Origin: Octopus sinensis | Taxonomy: Eukaryota | Reading direction: 5' to 3' | Assembly (NCBI RefSeq): GCF_006345805.1 | Contig: NC_043006.1 | Location: 65,472,001 to 65,536,000 of the forward strand | DNA length: 64,000 nt | Shown here: positions 51,801 through 64,000 of the stretch, in pieces | Numbering within the stretch: the first letter of the stretch is position 1 | Layout: the number at the start of each line of letters is the position of its first letter | The notes under the pieces: generated by a model | What the model was told of the DNA's origin: nothing | Seen by the model: only the letters and a program-made list of their open reading frames with translations | Databases searched by the model: none | Program-made: the position numbers and the translations under genes

Positions 51801-52799
51801 TATGCTAAAGACTAGGTCAATAACTATCATATCAAAAATTTACTCTTAATAGCATGAGATATGGTAAGAAGTCACCCACATCAAACTAGTACCCAGAACT
51901 AAATTACTGTGGCCTGATATTAACATTGTCATCATAATCACTTCAAGGACCACTTTTCCACGCTTACATAAAGGTAGAATTTGTTGAGGCAGATTTTCTT
52001 TGGCTGGATGTCCTTCCTGTTTTCATACAAGGTAATATTTTCCCATGATCAGATGTTTTCACAGAAGATTGGAAATGAAGAATGTCATTTGCATGATGGT
52101 CGCACTTCTTTACAAGTATCACGTGATGTCAAGGCTCACACACACACACACACATATATCCATTTATCTATCCATTCATTCATGTTATGTAATGTGTGTC
52201 TGCCTTGCGAAACCATAGTCGTCGTCATTGCCAGTGTCCTGTAAATGGCGCTCATGAAATTGTAGTCGTGGCTGTTGCTGGTGTCATGTAAATGATACCT
52301 GTGCCAGTGGCATGTAAATGGCGCCCATTACACTCTTGGAGTGGTTGGTATTAGGATGTGCATCCAGCTAAAGAAACGATGCCAAATCAGACTGGAACCT
52401 GGTGTAGCTGTCTGGCTTACTAGTTCCAGTCAAACCAGCTAACCTATGCATGAAAAGCTGACATTACATGATGATGGTGACGATATATGTATCTATGTAT
52501 TTATGCACACATATGCAATGTGCTTCATTCAGTTTCTGTCTACCAAATCCATTCATAAGGCTTTGGTTGATTTGGGGCCCACAGTAGAAGACACTTGCCC
52601 GAGGTGTCACTCCATGGGATTGAAACTGAAATCATGTAGTTGGGTAGAAAACTTATTATTATACACCTGTGCCATGTTCATTAAATATGGTGGGGCCTTG
52701 TATTGTAGGAAGGAGACCTTGAAAATGTGTTAGTAAAAGAAAAAAGTTTGGGTTTGGAAAGGTTTGAGAAGCACTATTGTAACTAAAGTCTAGTTAATT

Positions 52800-53450
52800 A
52801 CGTGTGACACTGAACTGGCATTATGAATAAATACTCAAGACATTGCTGTTTAGTAAATTTTGTTTGACAGTGTGGACTGGAGTTATGAACAGGTGCTTAG
52901 CTGATATGTTGTCTCTATGACCTGTTGCCTAACATAACGACAGGTTTGACAATGTGTATTGACATTATGAACTGGGGTCTAGCTAATGACATATTTGATG
53001 CACCTAGCTGACATCTTTGACACTGTGAAGTGTTATCTATCTTAATAACAGGTTTGACACTGTACTCATGCTGTGAACTGGCTAATGTCATGTTTGATAC
53101 TATAAAATGTTGTCTAATTACCAGTATGTTTGACATTATGAACTAGCTTTATAAATAAGTGCAAAGTTAATGATGCATTTGGAAACAATGAACTGGTGCC
53201 TAGCACATGTGGCACTATGAAATGTTGCCTAGTTTAATGACATTTTTGACACTATGGAGTATTCCCTAGCTAAATGACTGCTTTGACATTATATGCTGTC
53301 ATTATGAACTGATGCTTAGCTATTGTCATATTTGACACTATGAACTGGTATTATGAATTTATGCTATGAAACAGTACCTTGAACTGGCACTGGGTTAATG
53401 ACAAGTATCAACTATGAATTGATGCTTTAAACTTACCATTTCTATATCAA
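52800..53450. repeat. Degenerate minisatellite with a tttgacactatgaactgg core
   Basis: Core recurs more than ten times with variable spacing. Confidence 0.7.
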
Positions 53451-54377
53451 CTGTTTATGGATTGATTTTCTTTCTTCTTCATAATAGATTGAGCAGCTGG
53501 TGTCTGTATAGTCTAGATTCAGAGGAGACATACGATAATTCAAGTGGAGCGGTCTCCTTGTTAATAATTATGAACTTCTTAAATAGTAGTATTTCAGCTA
53601 AATTTCAGTGTTGGAGGAGAATGTCTGTTAAGAGGTGGGGATGTTGAAACAGTTAAACGTGCTGCTGCAGTCAGCTCTGATCCAATCAGATCAGATATAG
53701 TCTAGTTATGACTATCTTATGCTTTTTTTGTTTTTGTTTTTTTTCTTTCTGGATAGTATATCTAGGATTACATTATCAAAATGTGCTGCAGTAGATGCAA
53801 GATAGAGCTAGTGTGAGCAAGACAAGATCTTGTTGAAGTATTATATGGTGTAGAGACTACATTTATAGTAGTAGTAGTTGTTGTTGATGAGCCTCACGTC
53901 GTCCCTGATCAAGTAGGCTCATGATCAAAGAACATTCAATTCATATTCCTTGTCTCCTGCAACTGTATACACTCTACTACTCTACTCCATTATCCGGTGT
54001 GATCTTTTTGTTTTCAAATAGTTTGGTGTAATTTGAGGAAGATTTGCTGCTTATCACAGGTCAAATGACTGTGGAACTTTGGTTGGAAATTTTGATGCGC
54101 ACGTTGACACCAAACTCTGTCTGTCCTAATCATCATCCCTTTGCTCATCCTCTTTGCGATCATTTGCTGTTTTCATTTGTTTCTCGTTTGTAAGTGTGCA
54201 CTTAAGGGTTTTGCTAAGTTGGGAGGGAGAAAAAATGTGTCACTGTCATTATCATTAACTCCTCATAGAGCTGATTGCCTGGTTTCCATGGCATACAAGT
54301 AACTGAGATCACAGGAATTCCCCCAGAACGGGAGGCCTAGTCTGTCACTGGGTTACTCATTTACAGTTGACTGGACT

Positions 54378-55007
54378 GGTGGTGATCTAAGTATACAATA
54401 GCAGTATGGGTGTGTGATTGTAGTATAGGATGGTTAGAATAAAGGCTGGTCATAGGTTGTGTGTGGTGGTGGTCTGGATATATTGAGAGAGACATGCACA
54501 AATCAGAATAGTGGAGAAAAGCTGGACTTGAAAATCAATCAACATGATGATGGTAGTGGCAGTGGTTGATTGCTGTAGTGTTGTTTGACACTTGTACATG
54601 ACAGCTAGAGTGGAGGTCACTGATGGTGGTGATATAAGTATACAATAGCAGTATGGATGTGTGATTGTAGTATAGGTTGGTTAGAATAAAGGCTGGTCAT
54701 AGGTTGTGTGTGGTGGTGGTCTGGATATGTTGAGGGAGACATGCACAAATCAGAATAGTGGAGAAAAGAGGGACTTGAAAATCAATCAATATGATGATGG
54801 TAGTGGTGGTGGCAGTGGTTGATTGCTGTAGTGTTGTTTGACGCTTGTACATGACAGCTAGAGTGGAGGTCACTGATGGTGGTGATATGAGTATACAATA
54901 GCAGTATGGATGTGTGATTGTAGTATAGGCTGGTTAGAATAAAGGTTGGTCACTGGGTGTGTGGTAGTGGTTTGGATATGTTGAGGGGGGAATGCACAAA
55001 TCAGAAT
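54378..55007. repeat. Tandem repeat, about 250-bp unit, 2.5 copies
   Basis: Units start at 54378, 54625 and 54878 (247 and 253 bp), highly similar. Confidence 0.95.
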
Positions 55008-55534
55008 GGTGATATATGGTCTCTAGAACAGAGCTAGGTCATAGTGTTATGAACATGTGTTGGTAGTGTATATTAGTTAGAGTTGAGATAAGCCATGGTA
55101 GTCTGGATATGTGATGATAGTTGAGGGAAGCTAAACCATAGATTAATCAGAGTTGTAGAGAGGTGTGATGGTGGCTCGAGAGAGATAGATCATAGTGGTG
55201 TGGACACATGATAAAAATTAATGATAAGAACAGACTAATTAATTGCAGGAGTCTATCAATAACTGCATATAAATTGTTGATTAACATGTCGTTGGTAAAT
55301 GCAACACACTGATGTAATTTAGTCTTTATTGCTGTGTGTTGTGTCAGTCTGTTTCTCCTTCCGTTTTCTCCCTTGCTTCTTTGTTCTATAAAAGCTAGTC
55401 TGTAGCATCAGAGTTCCACATTGATTAGTTTGAACTCTGCCATCTTGGGTCTCAATTCAGTAATTATTTCATTAAGGCTCCAGTTTCTGGAAAAATGCTT
55501 AACAAGGTACATTTGAACTTAGGAAGCATGTTTG

Positions 55535-55576
<42 letters not shown>

Positions 55577-55642
55577 TATGTATGTGTTTCTGTTGTGTAT
55601 GTTAAGCTCCAGTTTAGTTTTCATTGAACAGATGTATACTGC

Positions 55643-55678
<36 letters not shown>

Positions 55679-56746
55679 GACAATAAAATGGTTTAGTCTT
55701 ACTGCATAGCACCTTGGGCAAGTGTTTTTTACTATAGCTCCAGACTGACCAATGCCTTGTGAGAATTTGATCAATGGAAACAGTGGGGAAGCCCTTTATG
55801 TGTGTGTGTGTGTGTGTGTGTGTGTTTGTGAGACTGTGTCATTGTATCTGTGTTTGTCTCTCCTCCTACCACTTGACTTGATTGAAATTGGTTTGTTTAT
55901 GTCCTCTGTAACTTAGCAACTTGACAAAAGAGGCTGAGAATATAGAAATACGTACTGTGGTCAATTTGTTCAACATGATTACTTTATTATCAATTTATAA
56001 CAACTAAAACAATACATATTGGTTTCAGCAATTTCAGGGGAGGGAGTAAGTCAATTTCATTGACCCCAGTGCTCAACTGGTACTTATTTTCTCAAACTTG
56101 AAAGTGTGAAAGGCACAGTTGACCTTGGTGGAATTTGAACTCAGAACGTAAAGTGCCAAAAGAAATCCTGCTCAGCATTTTCTCCAGTGCCAGTGACATT
56201 TCTGCCAGGTTAATAATCCTTTCTACAATAGTCACAAGGCCTGAAATGTTTGGGGAGGGGTAAGTTGATCACATCGACCCCAGTGTTTCACTGGTACTTA
56301 TTTTATCAACCCTGAAAGGATGAATGATAAAGTCAACCTTGGTGGAATTTGAACTTAGACTGTGAAGACAGATGAAACACCGCTAAGCATTTTCCCCAGC
56401 ATGCTACTGATTCTGCCAGCTCACCACCTTCAGTTTAATAACAACATTGGTTTCCTATTTACACATTAAGTAAGAAATTTTGAAGGAAGGGTCAAGTTAA
56501 TAACATTGACCCCAGTACTTGACTGATACTTTATTGACCTTAGAGAGAGAAAAGGCAAAATTTATCTTGGTAGGATTTGAACCTGGAATGTAAAAAGAAA
56601 AACTAAATACTGCACAGTATTTTTTTAAATCCTAATGATTTTACCAATCCTCCATCACTAATAAAGATGTTGATGATGATGATAATGATGCTACTGTTGA
56701 TGATGATAAATATGATGATGGTTTCTAATATAATAATAAAAATAAG

Positions 56747-57116
56747 AAGAGCACTCAGCGCAAACCTCTGCCAAGGCAACACCAACATCCTCTCAACGAT
56801 TAGCCAGAGATGATGTTTAAAATGAGAATATCTGAAATAAACTTGACTGCTCTTACAAACGAGAATATTAAAAATTAACCCAACTGCTCTCAAAAATTAA
56901 GTAAAAAAAAACAGGAAAAATAATCCAGAATCCTTGTCTGGTACCAACCAGATCGATCCCAAAATCTAATCAGTTCGTGCCAGTCACGGGGTCAACCATC
57001 CCCGAAAGTTTCATCCGAATCCATCCAGCGGTTCTTGAGATATCTTGTCCATGGACAAACAAACAAACAAACGTGACTGGAAACAATACCTCTGCCTTTG
57101 CTAAGGTGGAGATAAT
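56747..57116. mobile_element. Helentron/DINE-1-like non-autonomous element
   Basis: Subterminal acctctgccaagg (about 56763), internal (AAAC)n, gatatctcaagaaccgctggatggattcggatgaaactt core on the minus strand, terminal hairpin acctctgcc-tttgctaa-ggtggagat. A 5' fragment of the same family lies at 16579-16650. Confidence 0.6.
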
Positions 57117-57379
57117 AGTCTTTTGTAACATACAAGACCTGAAATTTTGTAGGGAGAGGCAGTAGTTGATTGCATTGGCCCCAACACTTGACTGCTTTTT
57201 TTTTTATCAATCCTGAATTGCAAACTCAACCTCTGCAGAATTTGAACCTAGAATGTAAAGCTGGAAGAAATGCTTCAAGGCATTGTGACTGATGTGCTAA
57301 TAATTCTGCCATCTCATTGCTTTAATAATAATAACCATGTGTTGTATTTTACTGATAGTAAGGTAAACTTCCTAACATG

Positions 57380-57535
57380 GAAGCGACTAACCTGGACTGC
57401 CTATAACAAGCTTCAAAATTTCCTTCAGTCAGGTATATTTCAAGTTAGATGAGCTTGTGTGGAGAAAATTATTCTCTATGGAATTAAGACTTGGACTATG
57501 AAAAAGAATTGCATGTGTTAGGGTACTGAAGTCAT
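57380..57535 (+). pseudogene. Short RTE LINE fragment
   Basis: KRLTWTAYNKLQNFLQS..ACVEKIILYGIKTWTM resembles AW.A.NKL..IW.S..FRACVESILLYGSETWT. Confidence 0.65.
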
Positions 57536-59974
57536 GATCGTAAGAGTGGAGGTGCGTGGCTTAGTGGTTAGGGTTTAGGAACTTTTGCTCCTAACAAAGA
57601 AAGCTGAAATATAGAAGATAGACATTCTCCAAACACAAGAATAAAAAAAACAATAAGAATTTGCAAATACGGCCGTAAGTTGTTTTAATCTTGGTACTGT
57701 GTGCAAATTACAGTATTTGTATAGAAAGAGATAAAGGCTGTTTCTGAGCATTCTTATTCATATACATAAAAGGTGGTTATGTTTGACTGTTATGTCACTT
57801 GGAATCGCAGCAGTAAGAAAATATGTGTAATCACATTGATTGTGCTGTCCAAGAGCTATATATTTAATTATTCCACAAAGCAACACCATGACGTGCACCA
57901 TCCAGTGGAGAATGGATGAGACAACTGGTTTCAAGGGAGGTAATTGTCTACAAGGGTATTGGACTCATGATCGGAAGTTCATGGTTTCAGTTCCTGGATT
58001 GGGTTACATGTTGTGTTCTTGAGAAAACACTTCATTTCATGTTGCTGCAGTCCACTCAGCTGGCAATAGTGAATAACTCTGTTGATGGACTGGCATCCCG
58101 TCCAGGTGGGGAATATATACGCCATGAAAACAGGAACCTAGCCTTTGTGAATTGGTATGACATGAAAAGGTAACTTTACCTTTTTAAGGATTACCTTCAT
58201 GCCATCTTTTTACCTTCTATTTGTTTCAGTCATTGGACTGTGGCCATGCTGGGATACTGACTTGAAAGAGTTTTAGTTGAATGAATCGATTCCTGGACCA
58301 GGTAGTACATTGTGTTCTTGAGCAAAACACTTCATCTCATGTTGGTCCAGTCCACTCAACTGTAAATGAGTCACCCTGTAATGGACTAGCTTCCTATCCA
58401 GGGGAAAATGTTAGTCTGCTCATCTAGCCAGTGGAGTAGCATCACTTGAAAGCTAACAAATGATGCAAAGTGCATTGTGGCCAGTGATGTATAACATCAT
58501 CTGATAGTCTGGTCAATACTGTCATGTAATCCTGAACAGGCATAGTGACCAGCTTGTCCCCCTTCCCACTCACCCATGACTCAGTGGAACATCCAGAATG
58601 TGACATCTAGAAGAGAAGAAGGCTGCACTGGAATCTAGTTAGTAAGTCATTATGACTGAGTAGACTGCTGTCATGCAAAGGGAAGTTCCTTGCTCAAGGA
58701 CAAAATATGATGCCTGGTTCATGACACGAACCCATGATTATGAGCTAAGCAACCTGTTGACTATGTGTTTTCAAATATATAACATATACATCACATATAT
58801 AATGTATATCATCATCATTGTCATTGTCGTCATCATCATCATCATCATCATCATTCGATGTCCACTTTTCCATGCTTGCATGGGTGGACAGAATTTGTTA
58901 TGATAGGTTTTTAACAGCTGGATGCACTTCATGTTGCCAGCCTTGCCTATTTCCAAGACTTGGAAATGAAGGACACTCCTTACATGATGGTGATGCTCGT
59001 TTACCACTATCATACTATGTCAAAGGGCGGAGACAGCAATGTACACACACACATACACACACATTTCTTTGTAGGCATTGTGGTATTTATAACTTGGTGT
59101 AGAACTCAATACTCAATGTACATATACTTCAGAATGAACGTCTATTGAGTAAAGAGCAGTAATGAGAAAACGAGATAATGAAGGAATAAACAATTATCTT
59201 TTGAACTTCATTAGCTAATGAAGGTCATAAGATAATTATTTATTCCTTTATTATCTTGTTTTCTTGTGTGTGTATGTAATATATATATATATATATATAT
59301 ATAAAACAGACTTCTTTCAGATCTTATGTAAGAAGTTCACTCACAAGGCTTTGGTTGGCCAGGGCTATAGTAGAAGACACTTGGCCAAGGTACCACTCTG
59401 GGGACTGAACTTGGAAGTCTATGATTGGAAAGCAAGCTTCTTGCCACACAGCCAGATATGTGCCTTTGTATCCTAATACTGTTTTCTTTGAAATGTCTAT
59501 TGGACGAGTACTTCTACTTTGTCAAAGTTTTCGTTTATTTATTCAGCATTTTTTCTCAGTCATTGTGGAACCAAACAACATTTTAAGGTTTCAGTCTTAT
59601 AATTAAGATGTTTATTTAACTTTTGTGATTAAAGACTAAGAATTTCCTTAATTAAAAGAATTTAATAAAATATTTTCATTTTTCTTTTTTTTTGTATTAA
59701 ATGTTATCTTTGCTTTCATGTAGTTTGATAAATTAAAGTACCAGTCAAATACTGGAGTTAATTTAACACTTTAGCACTTAAACAGACCATATCCAGCCAA
59801 AACATTCAACCTGTTTTATGCTCAGACTGGACAGATCCAGCTTCTCACACCTACTCTACAATGTCATTCTAAAAAGTTAATAGTTACTTCATCAATATCT
59901 CAAAGCTACAAGATAATGCATGAGTAATTCAAAACAAATAAGTGTTATTTCAAGAGTGTAAGCATCTTTTAAGA

Positions 59975-60560
59975 AAAGTTAGGCATAAGAGGCATCAGAT
60001 GTGGTGTGCAAGAGAGACGACTGTATTGGTATGGTCATGTGATGCATATGGATGAAGGCAACTGTGTAACGACGTGCCAAATTCTAACTGTGGAGAGAAC
60101 CTGTGGTAGAGTTAGACCCAGGATGACATGAAACAAAGTGGTGAAGCATGATCTTTGAACTTTTGGCCTCACAGAGGCAGTGACTAGTGACCAAGACCTT
60201 TGGCAATATGCTGTGCTAGAGAAGTCCTGCCTAGCCAAATGAAATTGTAGTTGTGGTTGATGTTGGTGTTACATAACTAGCACCCGTGTTGGTGGCACGT
60301 AAAAAGCACCTTTCGAGCATTGGGCCTCATGGAGGCAAAGTGACTGCGCTCTTTTCAAGTGTTCGGCCTCATGAAGGCAATAACTGAGACCTTTGGCATT
60401 ATTGTCATGCTTGAGAAGAAGACCCATCAAGCTGAGCAAACTTGCAGTTGTGGCAGATACTCTCGGAGTGGTTGGCGTTAGGAAGGGCATCCTGCCATAG
60501 AAACCATGCCAAATCAGACTAGTGCAGCCTTCCAGCCCTGGTCGAACTGTCCAACCAATG
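59975..60560 (+). pseudogene. RTE LINE 3' end with 3' UTR; likely source of the many short 3' tails in the window
   Basis: LGIRGIRCGVQERRLYWYGHVMHMDEGNCV..CGRVRPRMT*NKVVKHDL, followed by the gagtggttggcgttaggaagggcatcc UTR also seen in truncated copies at about 7740-8040, 11690-11890, 24120-24285, 41800-41985, 50490-50780, 52230-52480. Confidence 0.85.
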
Positions 60561-61141
60561 AATGCTAAAGCATCAATCAACTATCCCTGCCTCCCCACTT
60601 CAGGTCTTGTTCTTATCTTAGAAATATTATTATTATTATTATTATTAAGGTAGCACGCTGGCAGAATTGTAAATGTGTTGAGTAAAATGCTTAATGGTAT
60701 TTCATCCTATCTTTACATTATGAGTTCAGACTCCACCAAAGTCCACTAGGATTGATGTAATTAACTTATCCCTTCCTCCAAAATTGCTACCCTTGTGCTA
60801 AAATTTGAAACCATTATTATTATTATTATTAAGGTGGTGAGCTGGCAGAATCATTAACACACCAGGCTTAGTGGTATTTTGTCCATCTCTACATTCTGGG
60901 TTCAAATTCTGCCAAGGTTGACTTTACATTTATCCTTTTTGTGTTGATTAATTAAGTACTTGTGAAAAACTGGGGTTGATGTAATTGACTAGTCTCTCCC
61001 ACCAAAATTTCATGCCTTGTTCTTTTAGTAATGAAAATTATTATTATTGTTATTTCCTTCAAGGTTAACTTTACTTTTCATCCTTTTGGATAAAATGAGT
61101 AGTCTCTCAAAATTTCATGCCTTGTGACTATAATAGAAAGG

Positions 61142-61186
<45 letters not shown>

Positions 61187-61233
61187 GCTGTTGTTATTGT
61201 TATTATTATTTATGTTGTTGTTGTTGTTTTCAG

Positions 61234-61310
61234 CCTTCTCTATGGATAATTTACAAAGCCTGGATCCTCGGAAGCAAGAATTACTAGAAGCTCGCTTCTT
61301 GGGGAGCAGG
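61234..61310 (+). CDS. TLK: Tousled-like kinase, N-terminal coding exon
   Basis: Acceptor ttgttgtttttcag|CC at 61233/61234, ATG at 61242, donor AGG|gtgagt at 61310/61311 (phase 0). Translates to (x)FSMDNLQSLDPRKQELLEARFLGSR, matching the conserved TLK1/TLK2 N-terminal motif (human approximately MEELHSLDPRRQELLEARF, recalled). Downstream exons not identified in the window. Confidence 0.92.
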
Positions 61311-62169
61311 GTGAGTAGACGCAAACATTTTATAATTTACTTTTTCTTTATATGTCTCAAATTCCGATCCTTCTTTGACTTTTGATGTGTTGCTTCCTAC
61401 CAATTTATGTTCAAAATCTCTTCAAAGAATTTTGTCGTTGATTATTTGGGGATCTGTTATGCTGTTTAGTAGCATTTTGGCAAGGATTGCAAAATTGTTG
61501 CATTTGAACTTAGGTTGTCTTGTGGTGAGGTATTCTATATATGTGGTAATCAACAGTAGTTCCAAACTATGTAAATGGTACTTTATTCTGGAATTTGGAA
61601 GCTGCTTAGCCTTTTGGACCTGTCACTCAGACCATCCCTGATTCAACGATATACACTCCTGTTTTAAAGTTATCTAAATTAATACTTTCTTTAAAATATT
61701 CAAGTGAATTTATGTCCCAGACACCAACTTAATAACGACAAATGATGCAGAAACATTTTTTGTTAGTGACCAATTTGCAGTTTTGAGTGACAAAAATTTT
61801 GACCCCGTTATTGCAATTAAATGTTTAAGTGAAGTTAATAGCCTTTGTGTGTTTCTGAATGTCCAACTCATGTCTGCCATGCTGTAATTACTAAATTATT
61901 CATTATTTTCAAGATTAATTGGAAAAACAGTAGTGTATTTTGACAAAAGTTTGTCAAAGTAAAAGTTAAAGATGAAATAAATTAAACAATATTAGTAAAA
62001 TGTGGTTGATTGAATCTATCACTGTGTTACATTATGTAAGGGCAAAGACTAACATTTTCACTCAACAGAAAGTTTTGATGTCTCCACTTTACTGATGTAC
62101 ATACATGCAATGATATTATAGTGTGATAAAACATTGACAAAGAATAATTGTTTGACAGTTAGGGTTTTT

Positions 62170-62730
62170 TTATGTGCTTACAGCACTCTGCCAGATGGGG
62201 AAAAGGATCCTCACATTGTACATAGGGTAATTGGAGGACATTTGTGGTGTTGATATTTGGAATTTACACTGGTCACTATCAAAGAAACTTGAAGCAGATC
62301 CTTTTGGAATGCTTTCAGATGGAGCCATGTTGATCAATTGCAGAAGTTCTTGTCCTGGCGGTACCATCAAGGTTCCTGTTTATAACACATTGTACAAGTG
62401 AAGTAGTCGGAAAAGCAGGATGTATCTGTAATATAGTGTGGCAAATAAAACGGTCCTTTACACTGACAGTACCCATCTGCAACTGCCTTCCCTGTCAACC
62501 TACATCAGTTTGAAAACTGAATCTATTTGTCCATTAGTTTTATAGCCACACTTCTGACTCTGTCTTCCTTTAGCAAGATAGGTCAGGCAGTATTTTTGTG
62601 TCATGTAACTGTGGCTCATGAGGTGGTATGGCAAATGATACTGGAAAGTTTGAGTTTGAATTTCATCCATTAAAGCAAATTTTTCATCTTCTTCCCATAT
62701 CATTTGAAGGTGACAGGTGGAGAGAAACAT
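62170..62730 (-). pseudogene. Heavily decayed LINE (probably RTE) ORF fragment
   Basis: Stop-riddled frame ..RNLDGTARTRTSAIDQHGSI*KH..NTTNVLQLPYVQCEDPFPHLAE weakly resembles the region upstream of the RTE RT domain. Confidence 0.4.
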
Positions 62731-64000
62731 TCCGATCTGCAGTAAATTTTAGGAAAGGGCAAATGAGAATTGCAAGTGCTATGTAGATGGATGGGTTGAC
62801 TCCTGAGTTTCAAATATCAATTGGCAGTGGGGGAAAAGCGTTTACCTTTATATTGAAGTCTGTGTGGTTGTACAACATTTAGGATATCTTGTATTTATAT
62901 CATAACAGAAGTTCGATTATAAACTCTCCAGACATTTACTTCCTATCCATGGAAAACCATTACAAAGGACTACTTGGATCTTCTCTTATCTGTGATATTA
63001 GAGCATGAACTTTCAAGATATATACCTATCTATGAAGAATTACTATTAACTTTTGCTTCCCTAATTTTCCTGTTTTTCTGCTTAATATTTATAGTCACTT
63101 ATGTATAACTATTTTATAAATGCTTTGATGCCATCAACAACCACCCGTCCATCTTATATTATTATAATTTTGCATTTGTAATTTTTATTATAACTTATGT
63201 AACAATCAGTCTTTTTGTTTTTGAAATGCCTGTTCTTTCAAAACCCTTATAGCATTAAAGAAATTTTTCACATTCTTGTTGAGTGTTTGACTATTGTTGA
63301 TTAGTAGAGTTATGTTGAACAGCTGTTCTCACATGTGGAATTAATCTGACTACTAACTGAATCCACCTTGAGGATTTTCTTACCTAGGAAGGGCAGGCAA
63401 TTTTCTTCTTTCTAATGGCCTTGGTAATTGTATACTGGACAAGATTGAAAAGACTGATTTCATTGTTTCCTCATATGTTTGACCCTCATCAATTACATCC
63501 TGCTTTTCCAGTCAATTACTACTAAATGAAGTTGATGAGAGTTTGGCTTTAGTGTAAAATTTGCAAGCCTTTCAACCACACACACACCATCATTTACCAT
63601 AGATATCACCAGAGAAAGAAAACTACCTGCTCTTCCTTACTGAAAGAAAATAGTTGGTTAATCTCAGAATCTATGTGACTGAGCACTACATCCAACCTAC
63701 CCAAATAACAGCTGCCTGACATAAGTCCACCATTTAGCAATGAATGGCCTCTGAACTGGTGCATACCAGATGGTTTAATCACACTGCACGAATGTTAGGC
63801 AGCTGTAGCACAGCCATAGAATTTATCTTGAATAGGTAAAACCCCCAACTCCAGCCTCAATCATAGCTACACCAGTTCTCTAACCATAGGGCCACACACC
63901 AATGCCTAACCGTGGACCATTTGCTATTGGGTCACATAGAAAGAATAAATTTTAAAATTTTATTTCTATTTCATTGACTATGATAGTCTGCAGGGTGTTT

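Noticed and set aside
62184-62226. Possible next TLK exon (ttacag|...|gtaatt)
   Set aside because: Phase-0 joining to 61310 hits a TAG, there is no TLK similarity, and it overlaps a probable LINE relic.

Overview
AT-rich, microsatellite- and SINE-dense eukaryotic DNA. The repeat families and composition point to an octopus or other coleoid cephalopod; this is an inference. The only coding exon I recognise is 61234-61310 (+), which encodes the N-terminal Tousled-like kinase motif MDNLQSLDPRKQELLEARF. A CpG-retaining block at about 3-6.6 kb looks like the promoter, so most of the window is probably a very long 5' intron region of TLK with at least one non-coding exon (16840-16927). The rest is tRNA-derived SINEs, decayed RTE LINE fragments, a maT/DD37D-like Tc1/mariner transposase relic split by a SINE, piggyBac-type (TTAA) and hAT/Buster-type MITEs, a Helentron-like non-autonomous element, a long-TIR foldback element and several minisatellites. 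Nearly all ORFs in the supplied track are microsatellite or TE artefacts. Four observations stand out: (1) a type I hammerhead ribozyme fold at 9334-9393 in a dispersed repeat, with a second degenerate one at 50001-50052; (2) a piggyBac-type MITE found only as tandem multimers with a conserved spacer, sitting at the same TTAA of the same Buster-type host MITE at two loci in opposite orientations; (3) a modular SINE whose internal microsatellite acts as a tail-swapping hinge and insertion hotspot; (4) candidate TLK 5' exons whose splicing could toggle a start-stop uORF. All coordinates, alignments and folds were read by eye; nothing was computed or searched.
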